This document shows, piece after piece, positions 39,139 to 50,428 of a DNA stretch of 64,000 nucleotides. The position numbers and the translations under genes are program-made. The notes beneath the pieces were generated by a model, which made no database searches, was not told where the DNA came from, and saw only the letters and a program-made list of their open reading frames with translations. Source of the DNA: Marsupella aquatica. Lineage: Eukaryota; Plantae; Marchantiophyta. The number at the start of each line of letters is the position of its first letter. Within the stretch, counting starts at the first letter, position 1. The stretch covers positions 13,760,225 through 13,824,224 of the forward strand of contig OZ316895.1 of assembly GCA_973895155.1 (NCBI GenBank). Direction: 5' to 3'.

Positions 39139-39816
39139 ATGAAGATGGTCACTTCGCAGAGGTAGTCATGTGCGACTTGTGACAATTTGCAATCCGGTAC
39201 TTTGACACTTAATGGGCTTTGCATCGGTACGTGTACGTGGTACCAACTACGTAAGGTCGGGGCAGTGGGCATTCACAATTCATGTGAGCCCAGCTACCGC
39301 CATGCTTTGGGTAAATGACTCTACGTTCTGTTTAGGATCTACATATTTACATTTTCATTTGCAGTTTGTGAAGTAGGCAAAGCTTTGACAAAAGTCTCGA
39401 CAATGGAGCACTCTTGGCTGTGGCTTGTAGGGCATGGCTTGACTGAATCCACGATGTGGATTGCAATTAGGGCATTTCTGAGCTGGCCAGAGGGGCCTCG
39501 TGCTTCGTTCCAGAGGCTGTATGGTTGGATCGACAATTTTGATGCTGCTTGGCCAGGTGTGCAAGTCCTGGAAGTTGAGGCGAGGCGAGCCCTAATGTAC
39601 TCTGAGGCAGTAATTTTTGGGAGGGAAGACTGGGTGCCTTATTGGCAGATCCCCATCCCTGATCTCCCAATGATAAATGTTGCAGACTTTGATGAGGGCG
39701 CAAGCAGCTGTGTCACAACAGCGACACCTCCAACTGGGGACACGGAAAGCACAGAGGTGTCATCTGTGCCACTTCGCGAGGGAGTCAATCCTGCATTACC
39801 AACTCAAGCTACCTAG
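39139..39816 (+). pseudogene. Orphan two-exon gene inside the transposon (39139-39250, 39365-39816), N-terminal CxxC..CxxxC, premature TAG at 39163
   Basis: ATG lies 1 nt after the transposase stop. A strong donor (c|gtaagg) and acceptor (ttttcatttgcag|) join MKMVTSQR*SCATCDNLQSGTLTLNGLCIGTCTWYQL in frame to the 143-aa ORF at 39385. Confidence 0.55.
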
Positions 39817-40453
39817 TGCTTGAGGCGAGTAGTAGTCGGTGTGCATACTTAGTGGCATAGAGGTTTGTGGATCGAGTTCCTAACTCTCCATTCGAAATAG
39901 GCCTGAAGCTAAGTTTGATATTTGGAGGGCGTAGTGTTGCACCTCGGTAGAATCATAGGTGTCCATTTTGAATTGGACATTTTGGCTGGACATTTTGGGC
40001 CAACAGTCCTTACTTTTTGCTTCGCAGTGTTTTTAGTGAGGTTCTGCACCATCTTGCAGTGTAGGCAGTTGCGCTTTTTTGCGCTGTACTCGATGGCGTT
40101 TGTGCCACTAGCATAATGAAATGGTTTTCAGTGTTCCTGGACTTGAAGTTTGCGGGTCGGGTATCGTCCATGATTTTGTGGAGGAATGGCATATCAGACT
40201 TGTAAATTTGATGCACTCTGTACTCGTGTTTAATTAGGGGGTTACACATTACTAGCTAGGCTCATGGATAAAACTCCCTGTAACACCCAATAATTGATGA
40301 ATGCCCGATTCTGCCTACTACAACATGGAGACAAATACAGAACACAACGGACATTAATAACCAAAGCATGAACTTACATTTTTATTGGGCAAAATGTGTG
40401 TGCAAGGCACACAATACATATACGCAACTCGTGTTTTAACGTGCTAGCTTCAC

Positions 40454-41857
40454 CTATGGGCTAACCGAATCAGGGACATACGAAGTCCCTGAATCTATAA
40501 TATTCATCATTTCCCTGAAATGTTGTGGAGACCGGTTCTGCTTAAGAACTTCCGTGAGCAGCACAATGGCTTGTTGAGCTTTGATAATAGTGAGCTGATG
40601 TTTGAGCTCGGTTCTAGCCCTCTTGTCTTCTTGTCTACGCTCAAGGCGTTCTCTTTTGTCCAGGTGTGCACATTGGGCATCTTGAATGACCTTCTCTCCT
40701 AATGCATCTGCTAGTCTCGCTTCCTTGCTGTCAGCTAATTCTTGTGCTCTCCATCTATCCTTTGCATCAATCATTTGAATTCTGAAAGCATTCTTCTCTT
40801 CTAATTTCTCTACATAGACCTCAGCCAAATTGGGCCTAGATGTGCCTTGAGTTGATGATGGCCTCTTGCCCTGTCGTGGCCGTTGAGTACCTCGTTCTTG
40901 TGTCACTGTTGGGTGAGTTTGTGAAGTACCTCTGCTTCGACCTTGAGAACGTGGAGCTCCTGCTGTCGAGAAAGATGTTGGAGCTGACGTGGGCTCTTCA
41001 ACAGTGGGTATGCTCGAATGAGGCTGGGATTGGGGCTCGGGTGCTCGATGAGGGAGTGATTCATCAGCGGAGCTGTTTCCGGTAGTAGGAGGGCGATTCG
41101 TGTCATGGTCCTCGTCTGTATTAGTCTGGGCAAACTGAAATTCAGAGTCACTTGCATCAAAATGTCCTAAGTAAGCGCATAATTTAACTATGTGTAGTGG
41201 TGTGGAGATTATAAAGACTACGCAATGCCACGAATTCAAAAAATGTTGCATCAGTAGGGCTTAGAGTCATCCAAGGCGTAATGACTTGTCCTTACCAACT
41301 TCGTGGTAGATGGGGTCGTCACGGGGGTCCTTTGGGAAAGGGAATTGGGATTCTGGCACCTCATCTTCGTCAGAACCAACATCGATGTATAATTCTTGAT
41401 GGCCAGGCAAACCAACAGCGATTGTGCTAGGAGGAGAAACGTTTGCTCTCTCCCCATCAATCGTGTGCATACTCTCAAAATGGGGGCATATTTTCTCATA
41501 CTTCTCTGCTAATGTAAGACCCTGTCTCAACTCAGCGTCTGTGAGCCCAGCACCCGAGTCCCGCTTCATCGCCAATGCCTCTTTATATTTCTTTAAGAAA
41601 CACTGGAACCTTTTGCCAAGGTTATCGCCTGTTGTGACAAACTTGGGAAACCCATTGTCATGCAAGTCGATCAACATCTTCTTAAAAACAGTCTTCTTGG
41701 GAGGATGCTTACCAGTGATAGATGGGCGACTACTAGTGCCATTGAGCATAGCAAAGTTCTCAGGAACCTCCAACCAATCGACGATTACGGCAAGGTGTTG
41801 TGGCAAGAGCTTCCTGTTATCTCCGGCTAGACCCATACCTGCAGCTTGCGATACCAT
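40454..41857 (-). CDS. Harbinger partner protein: Myb/SANT-like DNA-binding domain, disordered linker, C-terminal coiled coil; intron 41167-41295
   Basis: IVDWLEVPENF..KKTVFKKM..RFQCFLKKYKEA..SGAGLTD..EKICPHFESMHTIDGERANVSP. A phase-1 GT-AG intron joins the 196-aa and 265-aa ORFs. An in-frame upstream ATG at 41977 is cut off by stops at 41909 and 41879. Confidence 0.8.
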
Positions 41858-43061
41858 TTCAGTGTCGGATTCGGGAAGCTAGGAATCAAGGATGACAACT
41901 TGAGCAGGTTAGCACCGAGGACGATTTGGATCCTGAACCTGATTGTTCATATGTGAAATGCCCTGTAAGATGTCCATGTTTAGTATCGCTACTCTGGCCT
42001 CTGAAATTGCGATGGACCTGGCGACATTGAGCGAGGGAATTCTGATTTGAAATGTTGAAAGAATCGAGCAAAGCACTCACTGACCTCCCAACATATTACG
42101 GCGCGTTTGAAAAAATCCAGGGGGAATTGGCGAGGTTCCGACATGAGAGGAGAGATTGTACTCAGGTTAACCATGGTTAGCAGGAAACCACTTCACTTTA
42201 CAGGGCCGCGACACGACTCAATGTTAACTACCATGTTAACTACCCCAGCAAATATGCGCCCGGGTATACCCACTTTCGGGGCGCCCGATAGCTTCGCGGG
42301 CGGCCCGTTCGGTCGAGATATTTGCCATATTTGGATATTTGCCATATTTGAGACGCCCTACTAGAAAGCATTCATCGCGGCACTAAACCTGTTTTTTGGC
42401 CTTTTGGTGCTTGTTTGCAGCTCGATCATCTTGGTTTTTGGTGCTCATTTTTGTGCCCTGTCTCGTTTCTCTCGGTTTTTTGGCTGCGCTCGATTCCCTC
42501 ATGCGCTGTGCTTTGCCTCGTCCTGCATTGGGCTCAGTTCCGGTTTTTTGGCCTCGGCTGTGTTTCAGCTTCAGCCGTCTTGTGGCTCCTCGGTTTTAGG
42601 TCTCTGGATGTGCATTCTTCTCTCTCTTGTTCACTACCCAATTTTCACTTCACTTCACGTCACTTCACCCCCCCCCCCCCAAATTGCATTGTCTCTGCAT
42701 CTTCATCTTCATCGGTTGGGTAGCTCCGTCGCTGAAGGACTGTCATCGCCCGCCGGACGCCTTGACGAGGTATGTGATCTGGGAGATGTTGAAATGCACA
42801 AGTAGAGTAGAATCAGGTCAGGATGAGGTTTTTAAGCTCTCTGCGTAGTATTCCTTAGAGGGGGAGAGCTGATTTATGCAATTATGTGCGGAAGATGTTT
42901 GAATTGCAAAAGCAGAGCAGAATCATGTAAGAATTAGGTGCTCGAGTGCCCTATGGAGTTTTGTAGATGCATCCTGTTGCGAGGAGGAGAATTATGTACA
43001 CATCCTTTGTGCATGTGTCCTTGGTTCTACGCTCATAGTGAGGTTTTGTCTTGACCAGATT

Positions 43062-43424
43062 ATGGCAAACAAAGCGAAGGGACTTGCCGCAGGTGTGGCA
43101 AAATGGTTTAAGAAGCCGTGGGAGATCACTGGGCCTGTATCTAGTGCAGAGTTCATGGATCCGTTGCCAATGGCAGGAGTTTACAGAAAAACTTCACCTG
43201 CAACGCCAACACAACGGGCCATTGTCCCCCATGCTGAACCCGAGCATGTCTTTGATATCAAGTATTATGTAAGAGACACTAGGCGGGCACCTCCCAAGTT
43301 GACCGAAATTGTTGTTCCCGCCAACGGTACATTTGAGGGCACTGCTCCAGCTGCTGGTAAGTTTTACACCATGGGGGAGGACTTCCCGATTACCGATGAG
43401 CCAGGGGAAGGCTATCAAAAGTAG
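43062..43424 (+). CDS. NDUFA7: Mitochondrial complex I subunit B14.5a (NDUFA7)
   Basis: KKPWEITGP..YRKTSPAT..AIVP..PEHVFDIKYYVRDTRR..GEGYQK matches the plant B14.5a pattern. Probable 5'-UTR intron at 42770-43058. Confidence 0.9.
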   Translation: MANKAKGLAAGVAKWFKKPWEITGPVSSAEFMDPLPMAGVYRKTSPATPTQRAIVPHAEPEHVFDIKYYVRDTRRAPPKLTEIVVPANGTFEGTAPAAGKFYTMGEDFPITDEPGEGYQK

Positions 43425-44070
43425 GAAGAGCAGCATTTAGGAAATTGTCTTGCGAGTTGTATCCATTGGTACTTCTCGGGTAGTTTTGGGTGGATTACTT
43501 AGGATCTAGTGGGAAGGGGTGTTTAATGGAGCCCTGAGGCCTCTTTGACTGCCTTGAATAATTCTTGCTAGCGGATTGGGGTGTTTGAAAGTTCTGAGCT
43601 CCCGGTAGTCTGGTCAGAGGGCTGCTTTTGCTGCCCACCTGGAAAGCAACGTTTCAATTGATTTTGAACCATTTCTACGGTGCTAAAGGATTTCTCCCAC
43701 TACCCATTGGGACGTAGTATACCTCCTGTCTCAACTGTCAAGCAGTATGAGCATTAATGAAATTTATGTTGTTCTGAAAGGAATAAGCTCCTCTTGAATT
43801 GTTAAGTTTTCGCTCCAACATGAAAGAAATTGTGACCTCCAGTTGATTCAGTTGATTCTGATTTTCTGCACTGTTGGTACCTTCTGAGTCAAATTTGTGA
43901 AGCAGAACATGCGAAGTGAGCAATGCTCTACGGTTGATGATCAGTATCGGCATCACTTCTGCACACTCACTGTCTCATAATTACGCCCTGCATTCCGGCT
44001 CGACTCTTCTCATTCCAAAAATTCTCTTGTGTAGTAGCGATTTGTGGGTCGAATAGACGAAGAAGCGCAG

Positions 44071-44410
44071 ATGACGATCAAGGTGTATGGGATGGCCTTG
44101 TCAACTTGCACAAGCCGTGATTTGGTTACCCTGTTTGAGAAGGAGAATACCGATTACCAGCTTGTGACAGTGGATCTAATGAAAGGTGAACAGAAGATGC
44201 CGGAATATCTGACCCTCCAGGTAGGGAGCAGTAGAGAGGCTGACTAATTTGCTTATTCTCTTTGCTGCTTGCCACGATTGGAGCTTCACGAGTGTAGAAC
44301 TTGTGATTACTGCGATTGTGGTAGCTGAGTTCCGCGTGATCGAATTTCGTTAAGGCTAATGCTCTAATGCGGTTGATCTCGCATGACAAGCTGCTCACTT
44401 CGACTACAAT
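44071..44410 (+). pseudogene. GSTF: Truncated phi GST copy (exon 1 and part of intron 1 only)
   Basis: MTIKVYGMALSTCTSRDLVTLFEKENTDYQLVTVDLMKGEQKMPEYLTLQ|gt at 44071-44220. The 5' UTR and intron are homologous to the other copies up to ~44410. No exon 2 or 3 follows. Confidence 0.85.
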
Positions 44411-44663
44411 CACCGCATCTGTTCGTTCATAACGAGAGAAAATTTAGTCACGCGGTCCGCTAAGGATATCTCTCTTTTATTTTTCGTAGCGAAAACATTA
44501 CCAAATTAAAACTGTATGCAAGACTAGGGTGTATACCAGCTTAGGACAGAGCATATATGAGACTAGGGTGTATACTAGCTTAGGACAGTGAGGTTAGGGC
44601 TAAGCGTGGCCCAAAACCACAAAGGGACAGCTAATTAGGCTCATTTGTAAGTCAGGTCTACTT

Positions 44664-44665
<2 letters not shown>

Positions 44666-44734
<69 letters not shown>
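44666..44734. repeat. (CT)n microsatellite
   Basis: Long perfect CT run. Confidence 0.95.
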
Positions 44735-44739
<5 letters not shown>

Positions 44740-47119
44740 TGCTCGTTTGTAGGGTGATGTGGTTTTTGGGCTCTCGTTGTCGTTTTTCTCTTTTGATGAT
44801 GTGCTCTTCCTCTCATGCCATGGTTGTACCTTCGCTTGTGGTCCTTGTGTGCTCATGGTGGTTGTTTTGGCCTGGGTGCTACTCTCACTCTCTGGTGGTG
44901 AGGTCTTGTATTCTGTGCCTCTCGCTTCTGTGCTCCTCTTGTTTTGTTTGCACTCAGCTCTGCTCTCAATGCTGCATTACTCGGTTTTTCTCTCTCGTTG
45001 ATGCTCGTGGTGCTCTCAGTTCAGCCTTTCCTTTACTCATGGTCCTGTCGAGAGGTAATGGCAATATATACAACATATTGTGGCCACTTTCACAGTGGCC
45101 TTGAGCATGAAGAGTTTACTACAACTGGAAAATCAAGTACTCCATACTCTGCAGATTGTTTGTGACCAGAAGAGGACGACCATCTTTAGATCAAAGGTAA
45201 TCGTAGCGTAATATAAATGACCATGTTTTTATAAAAAAAAAACTCTATCAATATTATTTATTTCCACTTTTGATGACCTATCTTAGCTTACAGAATCAGA
45301 TATATTATAAAATAATTTTAATAATTATATGAAGATACTACTTACTTTCTCCTCTGAAGTTTTTTGAAACTTTTACAAATATCATTGAAGTGTATTTATT
45401 TTTACTCACATGTTACTCCTATGGATTTCTATAGTCTACACATCCAAGTTGATCCTTTGGCTAAGGCAGAGACTGTAAACAACTCTAACTTGCCTGGAAG
45501 TTTTTCTCTGGTCCTTGTAGCTGATATGCATACTCATAAATGTAACTTGTTATACGGACCTTGTTATCGATTGCACACCTTGTTATCCAGGCACAAGAAC
45601 ACGTTTGATCACACAATTAGTAGTTCGTATCAAAAGTTAAATGAATCTGCCCATCCATCAGTTGATTGTCGTTGGTCTCAATGTGGCCTTAATTACCAAG
45701 AAATGAAGTAATGCTCTACAAATCTTGAATCACAACTTGAAGATCTGGGTGAGCAACGAGATGGACTATGTACTAGTAAGTGTCCAGCTTTCGAAGATTA
45801 CAACCAATCATAATGCTGTACACAGTCATACAAATATACAATCCACTCAAGCTGATCCAATATATGTTGAACTTTTCCGGTCCGGAGTCCACACATTGTT
45901 CCGGTACCATTTTTCCTTTACGAAATCTAAATACTCTCCAGTGATTCACTGATAGAGCGGAAGAATTGTTTTCAACTCTTCTTCACAACTTACCGCCGTT
46001 TCTATGATTAATGTTCGAATCTTTACAACTAGCACTGCATAGCTCAAGAATTCTCTCCATGATTGTCAAGGACTGCCACTAATCGAGAGAATCATGTCGT
46101 AACGACCGACGATAGTGGGAGGAACATTTGGTGCTACATAACATCAGACTCACTGAGTCAAGAGTTCATTCTCAGACTGTTAGTAAGTGTATTTTGTTCA
46201 AGTCAATTCGATCATGTCAACGCGACGGCAGACAAGACATCTTCATCCCAATTTTCAACAGTATGACCGTCGCAGCAATGCGGGCAGGAAGCTCGCTGGG
46301 GCTTGGGCGAACGTCGAGCATGTACCTGCAGGCGGATTCGCTTGCGGATGCTCTTGCGGATGCCGCAGAGGGATCGAGTACATAAATTAGAGAGATCTAC
46401 TGTAGATCCATCTCCAATGCATACGATCGAATTTTCAGGAGCCTCCAAGAGAGCTATAGGAGTGTAATCTCCTGAAGTGCTTTTGCACATGGATCAAGAT
46501 CATGCAGAAATGGTGTAAGAAATCGGTTTCAATCCGTTATGACTGTCAGAGTCAACAACTTTACGCACCCACGTCTTTCTCCATTAGAGAAAGGGAGCCA
46601 GTGTCAAAAACGCCTCCTCTTTCCCCGGTTCGGTCGGAAGCTTCCTCCTCACGGTCCCCTTCCCCAATCACAGTCACTATCGCACGAGCAGGGTACAGCA
46701 CAACTGCTGTGCCGTGTTTTATGTGAAATTGAACCGCTAAGATTCACCGAATTGCATTCGTTGAAATTGTGTTCTGCCTCGAAATATTTCACTTAATTCC
46801 ATTCCTAGAAACAGCTATGAAGCGAAGTTTTCGAGTCATTAAAAGTAGCCGTACTCACACTCAAAGCTCAAAAGCTCAATTGAGAAGCCGACCCAGAAAT
46901 TTCTACACTCCACAGGCATTCGGGGCTCGTCATCAATCACATCATCGGAAAGCGAGCACGAGGGGGCTCCGGTAGATCTTCACGCCATAGCCGGCTACAA
47001 TAGTGCCTGGTGCAGGAGTGCATGCATGATTGCACGTAGACACGGGCCAGGTCTAACCCACGACCTGAGTTAGTTCAAACTAGGGGCCATAAGGAGACAA
47101 ACTTGACTCACGAAGATAA

Positions 47120-47445
47120 GGGCCAGGTTCCATGGGCCAGGGGTAGGGAGTACGGTCACTCCCTCTAACATCACACATCCCCTAGGGCCCAAATACACCT
47201 TATGCCAAGATGTATATAGTATTTTAAATGTATGAATTTTGACTCACAAACCAATGAGAATGCCCTATACTGTTCTTATAGGGCAGGGGGTACCCCTGAA
47301 TTTTAGGAGGGAGTGTGAAGGAAAATCACTCTCCTTGATATAGTATTTGTACACCCCTCAGTCCCTGGAAAAGTTGTAATCTTATTGGCTTAAAAATTCT
47401 GACAGCATCCGTACTCCTTACTCCCAGCCCCATGGAACCTAGCCC
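47120..47445. mobile_element. Tourist-like (PIF/Harbinger) MITE, 326 bp
   Basis: TAA|gggccaggttccatggg..gggagtacgg at the left and ccgtactcc..cccatggaacctagccc|TAA at the right: ~35-bp TIRs starting GGGC with a TAA TSD. Confidence 0.85.
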
Positions 47446-47650
47446 TAAGGGTACTCTAGTTGTTTTGAAGGGTACTCTGGTTTTTTTGGAGTGATTACCT
47501 TTACTGATATATTTTGCTTTCCTAATCTAGTATTGACATAACCAAGAAACTCACTTTTCATCAAACCTCCTTTGAACCACCTTATTTGTAGGATTTGGTT
47601 TCCAAACTATGACAACTTGGCATGTACTTGTTTGTGGCATTTGATACCAA

Positions 47651-50428
47651 TTAACTCCTATGATACAAGGCTGCACCAATTTTTACAGTGATAGTCATTC
47701 AAATTTGCAGGACACACAAAATTAAAAATCTGGTATAAGGAAGGAATAGAGACAAAATAAATTTTGTTTAGTGTGAATGAAAAAGAGTCACATCCAAGTA
47801 GGAGGGAATCAAATGGGATAAGCAAACAAAAAAGAGATCTCACTAACACAAGGATCAAGGAGGATACTCCCTCCATGATAGGGAGTATTGTACATACTCA
47901 ATAAGGTACATACATACTCAATAGAATGAAATAGTGTCTAATTTAGTGTAATATTGGTAGGAGTTAAGTTTCAGATATTATTTCAGTCAATAGGGGACTA
48001 GATACACTAATCAAATAAAACGTTATTGTCCCAGTATTTAGAGTGATTTGTTACATTCATTTTTGTGCCATTTTCACTGCCAAAAAAACAAAAGTTATAA
48101 GGTCCAAAGACATAGTAAAGATCATGGCACTGGCGTTGATGGCAAGGTGTCGGGCGAGGGGCACAATTTTTACTTGATGACATCTTTTTACTTCACAATA
48201 TCTTTCACATAATGACCCATTTGGCACCACATCATATTTTTACTCAACGACATCCTTTTATTTGACAACGTCTTTCACATAACTACACTTTGGCAAAACA
48301 ACTTCATCGTTCTTAACGACGTCTTCTTACTTCACGACATCTTTCACATAACAACATCCGGGGCGACACGACATCTTTTGTGCAACGCACGGGTATTGAG
48401 CTATTTTGTACTTAACAAAACCTTTGGCATAACCACATCATTGGCAACACTACCTCTGTTTCTTCCACAACCTCTTGGCCAATATGACATCTTTCTTCTC
48501 ACTCAGCAACCTCTTGGCTAACACAACATCTTTTGTTCTCAACGACATCTTTTGTTCTAATAGACATCTTGGGCGACGCAACATCTTTCTTCTCAACGAC
48601 CTCTTGGCCGACACGACATCTTTCTTCTCAACAACATCTTGGCCGACATGACATCTTTTGTGCAACGCACTAGTATTGAGCTAGTTAACTCCTATAATAC
48701 ACAGTCGCACCGCTTTTTAGAGTGGTCGTCATTCCAATTTGCAGGGCACAAAAATTTAAAAATCTGATCAAAGGTAATTAGTAAAGCCAAAGTATGAATT
48801 GAGTTTAGTGTGAATCACAAAAAGTTGCACCATCGTCCAAGACAAGCAAGAATAATCACACAAGCCACCCAAAAAAAGTGAGACTTTAACACAATGCAAG
48901 AGCATCAATGCACCAGGATGAAGGAGGATACTCCCTCCATGATCCATGCAAGTAAATATTGTGCAGCATAGTTTTGTATAATACTGGTAAGAGGAGTTAA
49001 ATTGCTAATAATATTTTAACCACTAGATCAATAAAAAACTGTTATCTCAATATTTGTGGTCATTTTTCAGTCATTTGCACTGTCATTTTCAATGTCAAAA
49101 ACAAATTAAAGTAATAAGACCCAAAGACATAGTGAAGCGCATGGCATGGGCATTGATGGCAAGGTGTAGGGCGAGGGGCACACTCGAAATGTAGGGCAGA
49201 CCCTCAAAGCGCTCTAGTCTTGCATGGGTGGGGGAGGGGGGGCGGCGAGCGAGTGGAGTGATGGTGAATGAGAAAACGAGAAGACCAAAAATAGTGAAAT
49301 GGGGGAAAGGGGGAGGTTAAGGTATAAAAGGAAGATAAAAAGGTTAAAACAGGAAAAAAAGGAACACTTCTCATTTTGTTTTACTTTGTGATTGTCCTAG
49401 CCAGTCTTTTGTGCAATGACATCTTTTATTCAAGAATTTTATTTGTGCAAGGAGAAAAAAGAAATAAGGAAAAGGGAACTTTGGTGGCTGCCGTAGCCAG
49501 TATTTTGCACAGTGATATCTTTCACTCAACAAAAGTTTTTGTGCAATAATATATTTTAACAAATAATTTTTATTATTCAACAATATCTTTTGCATCAGGA
49601 TCTATTTCTCAACAACATCTTTGATGCAATGCATGGGGAGTGAAAGGACAGCAACAGAATGGTCATCTTTGCTAAACCCTAAACCCTAAAACCCTAAACC
49701 TATAATATGATATTGCACCAATTTATAGAGTGGTCATCATTCAAATGCATGGGCATTTTGGGTAAACGAACAAAACAAAACAAGAAAAAGACAAGGACAA
49801 GGACAAAGGAATAAGACCAAAAAACCCATGTCGCCCCTTGGATGCATGTCGTGATGACAACATCAAGTCGCGACAACCCTGACTCTGAGTCGACTCGCTC
49901 ATTCCCTCCTTGACTTTTTATTTCACAACATCTTTCATATAACGACAGCTTGGGTGAAACTACACCTTTTTTCTTTTAACATCATTTATTTCACGAAATC
50001 TTTGGCAAGACACCTTTTTCTTAACAACATCTTTCACATAATGACATTTTTGGCAAAATAACTTCTTTTCACTTAACGATATCTTTTGTGCAACGCACGG
50101 TTACTTTCCCTCAACGATAGCTTGGCCGACATGACATTTTTTCTCTCAACAACGTCTTCGCCGACAGAACATATTTTCCTCAACGATGTCTTGGACGACA
50201 CAACATCTTTTTTCTCAACGATGTCTTGGCCTATATGACAATTTTTTTCTTAATGGCATCTTGTCCGACACTACATATTTTTCTCAAACAACCTCTTGGC
50301 CAACACAACATTTTCTTTCTCAACGACCTATTGGCTGACACTACATCTTTTTTCTCAACCAAATCTTGGCCACCATGACATCTTGGCCGACACGACATCT
50401 TTTGTGCAATGCACAGGTACTGAGCTAG
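47651..50428 (+). mobile_element. Two head-to-tail non-autonomous Helitron-like units (47651-48684, 48685-50428)
   Basis: Both units start ttaactcctat(g/a)atac and end with a gtgc-aa(c/t)-gcac hairpin, a short spacer and CTAG. They share internal blocks (aggaggatactccctccatgat; gatggcaaggtgt.gggcgaggggcac) and gacatctt repeat arrays. Outer flanks are A and T. Confidence 0.75.

Larger units (their letters stand above)
36193..42358. mobile_element. PIF/Harbinger-type DNA transposon (6.2 kb) carrying extra genes
   Basis: 17-bp TIRs tggcgtctcaaatatgg (36193-36209) and ccatatttgagacgccc (42342-42358), one mismatch. They enclose a Harbinger DDE transposase and an oppositely oriented Myb/SANT-like gene. 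Confidence 0.88.

Noticed and set aside
37251-41911. In-frame TAA/TAG as an alternative genetic code or U-to-C editing
   Set aside because: The apparent true ends of several of the same genes also use TAG. U-to-C stop removal is known from organelles, and these genes have spliceosomal introns. Mutation is the simpler explanation.
44641-45165. ORFs containing (RE)n or Leu/Cys-rich text
   Set aside because: Translation artefacts of the CT microsatellite and T-rich flanking DNA.
45400-46980. GC-richer region with many short overlapping ORFs
   Set aside because: Could not assemble a phase-consistent gene or recognise a domain.
49671-49700. ctaaaccctaaaccctaaaaccctaaacc as an interstitial telomere
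   Set aside because: Only about three imperfect units inside a Helitron-like element; such telo-box-like runs are common.
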